Source of the DNA: Oikopleura dioica
Lineage: Eukaryota; Animalia; Chordata
DNA: 64,000 bases
Assembly (NCBI GenBank): GCA_907165135.1
Contig: OU015568.1
Span: forward strand, 1,550,001-1,614,000
Direction: 5' to 3'
Made by a program: the position numbers and the translations under genes. Below are positions 62,422-64,000 of the stretch, piece by piece. Below the pieces are notes generated by a model. The model searched no databases. It was not told where the DNA came from and saw only the letters and a program-made list of their open reading frames with translations. The stretch's first letter is position 1; every line of letters begins with the position of its first letter.

Positions 62422-64000
62422 ATGGTAAAAAGAGATTTTGTTAAATTACTTCTCCCGGCTGTTGTGGCTGCGGAAGTTGACTTTTTTGCTCCTGATACGA
62501 GAGGATACAAAGAACTTGCAGATGCTGTCGTAAGTACTTGGGAAAATGTCGTTTTGAGAAATACATTTTTCCATCCTAAAATTGACATATCGTGCCGAAT
62601 CCTTACTTTTTATCTAAGTCTTTTTTTATTTATATTTTTTGTATAATAATTTTTCTTTCAATAAAAATAATTTTACCCCATTGAGAAAGTACCCTCTAAA
62701 CCTCACCTGAGAGCATCAAAATCTAAGCCCCAGTTGTTGCCTGCATCATTAAGGTCCTTCATGAGGATTCTTTTTTGTTCAGAAAATGATCAAATAAACT
62801 CACCTGCTTAATTCCATTCTCTTAGGTTGGTTGTGAAGAGGGGCAAGGATCAATTACTCGAGCTGATACAGATGGCCTCGCTGAATACATCAGTGGTCAC
62901 AAGAATCTCAGTAGAAAACCATACCTGATTCTCTTGAATAACAAGGATCAGCCAGACTGGTACAACTCCGATCTCACCAAAAAGAAGGGCAAGAAGCCGA
63001 AGAAAGCACCAGCTGTTTGCGCCAAAACCGCTGAAGTCTGCGAAGGAACAGGAGAACTTAAGGACAGCTACGAACGATACAAATTCTATCCAGCACCGCC
63101 GACAGAAGAATTCGAATCATCGAAAAACTACACTGCCGCTCGAGAAAGTTGTCAAGAACTCGGAGACAGCTGGGATCTCATGATAATCAATACGAAACGA
63201 GAGTGGGAATTCCTCAAAGAAGTGATGGACGATTCTTGCTGGGCCCATGAAGCCTGGTGGGTCGGATTTAAAGAGTACGGCACAGTTTCTCCAGGTGTTC
63301 GAGGATCACTCGAAACCGTCTTTGGCAAGACCCCAGAGTGGGAGCCGAAGTGGGAGACAGATGAGCCAAATGACGCGCAAGGAGCAGAAGAATGCATCAG
63401 ATACAGACTTGGAGACTTCAACGACGCTCCATGCTCAAAGTACTGGTCGGGCGTCAAGCGCGATCGAATCGGAATGGGATACATTTGTGAACAACACAAC
63501 TATATCGAGGATTGCGAACCAGTTTCGGTCGAAGCTGCAGCAATCGAAAACTACTCGATCCACGAACCAGCCACTCCCGCTGAGGGTAAAAACTGGGCCG
63601 ACGCCCGAGCTTTTTGCCAGGCAAAGGGAGCCAATTGGGACCTGTTTGTGCCAAACACTGAGGCCGAATTCGACCTTCTAGTCCAAGCAACCCAGTGCTC
63701 ATGGAGTCGATTCTGGCTTGGCGCTACTTACACCGCTAATACAGATGAAGTCGCCGTCGACGATGGAGAGTATTTTGCAGTTGATGGATCCGCCGCTGAG
63801 CAGATTTTCCGCCGATGGGACACTCACACCAACTGGGAGTCCCCAGATCCAAACAACAAGCCTGGCGTCACTGAATGCATCAGAATGCGAGGAAACTTGA
63901 TGAACGACCAAAACTGCGAAACTTCCGGAAAAGACATCGGACACGGTTGGATTTGCGAGAAAACTATTCCTGAAGACCCTTGCGAACCAACGATGGGCCT
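62422..64000 (+). CDS. Secreted multi-domain C-type lectin protein, 3' end outside the window
   Basis: Signal-like exon (KLLLPAVVAAEV) then a long open exon from 62827: CTLD1 YTAARESCQELG..WDLMIINTKREWEFL...WWVG...WETDEPNDAQGAEEC...FNDAPC; CTLD2 WADARAFCQAKG...FWLG...WESPDPNN...EC...MNDQNC...WICE. Not listed in the ORF track because no stop occurs in the window. Confidence 0.9.

Overview
This is compact, intron-rich animal genomic DNA, not prokaryotic. It is very probably the appendicularian tunicate Oikopleura dioica or a close relative; this is inferred from 40-80 nt introns, in-frame GA-AG introns with AG|GA donors, operon-like spacing and an oikosin-like gene. I assembled genes by reading splice sites by hand, since the ORF track misses or fragments most of them. 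Genes, left to right: aminergic class-A GPCR (5' end missing); secreted oikosin-like protein; nuclear receptor GCNF/NR6A1; a coiled-coil + 2TM gene split by one in-frame TAA; Amt ammonium transporter; secreted EGF-domain protein; choline-kinase/APH-fold protein; a four-gene minus-strand cluster (CRAL-TRIO, two NHERF/PDZK1-like PDZ genes, C2H2 zinc finger); an S100-like EF-hand protein; several orphan genes; a RING-finger gene; a Thr-rich membrane protein; a TMC1/2/3-type channel; and a multi-C-type-lectin gene running off the right end. Mobile DNA is abundant: a hAT-type MITE (8-bp TSD) inside the last predicted GPCR exon, a young 1.44-kb non-autonomous LTR element (apparently identical LTRs, tRNA-Leu-type PBS present twice) just upstream of the four-gene cluster, nested TTAA-targeting MITEs, and foldback elements. 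The best leads are the hairpin element that appears to act as an intron (21150-21211), the LTR element, the S100-like gene and the exonic hAT MITE. No rRNA, tRNA or CRISPR was found.
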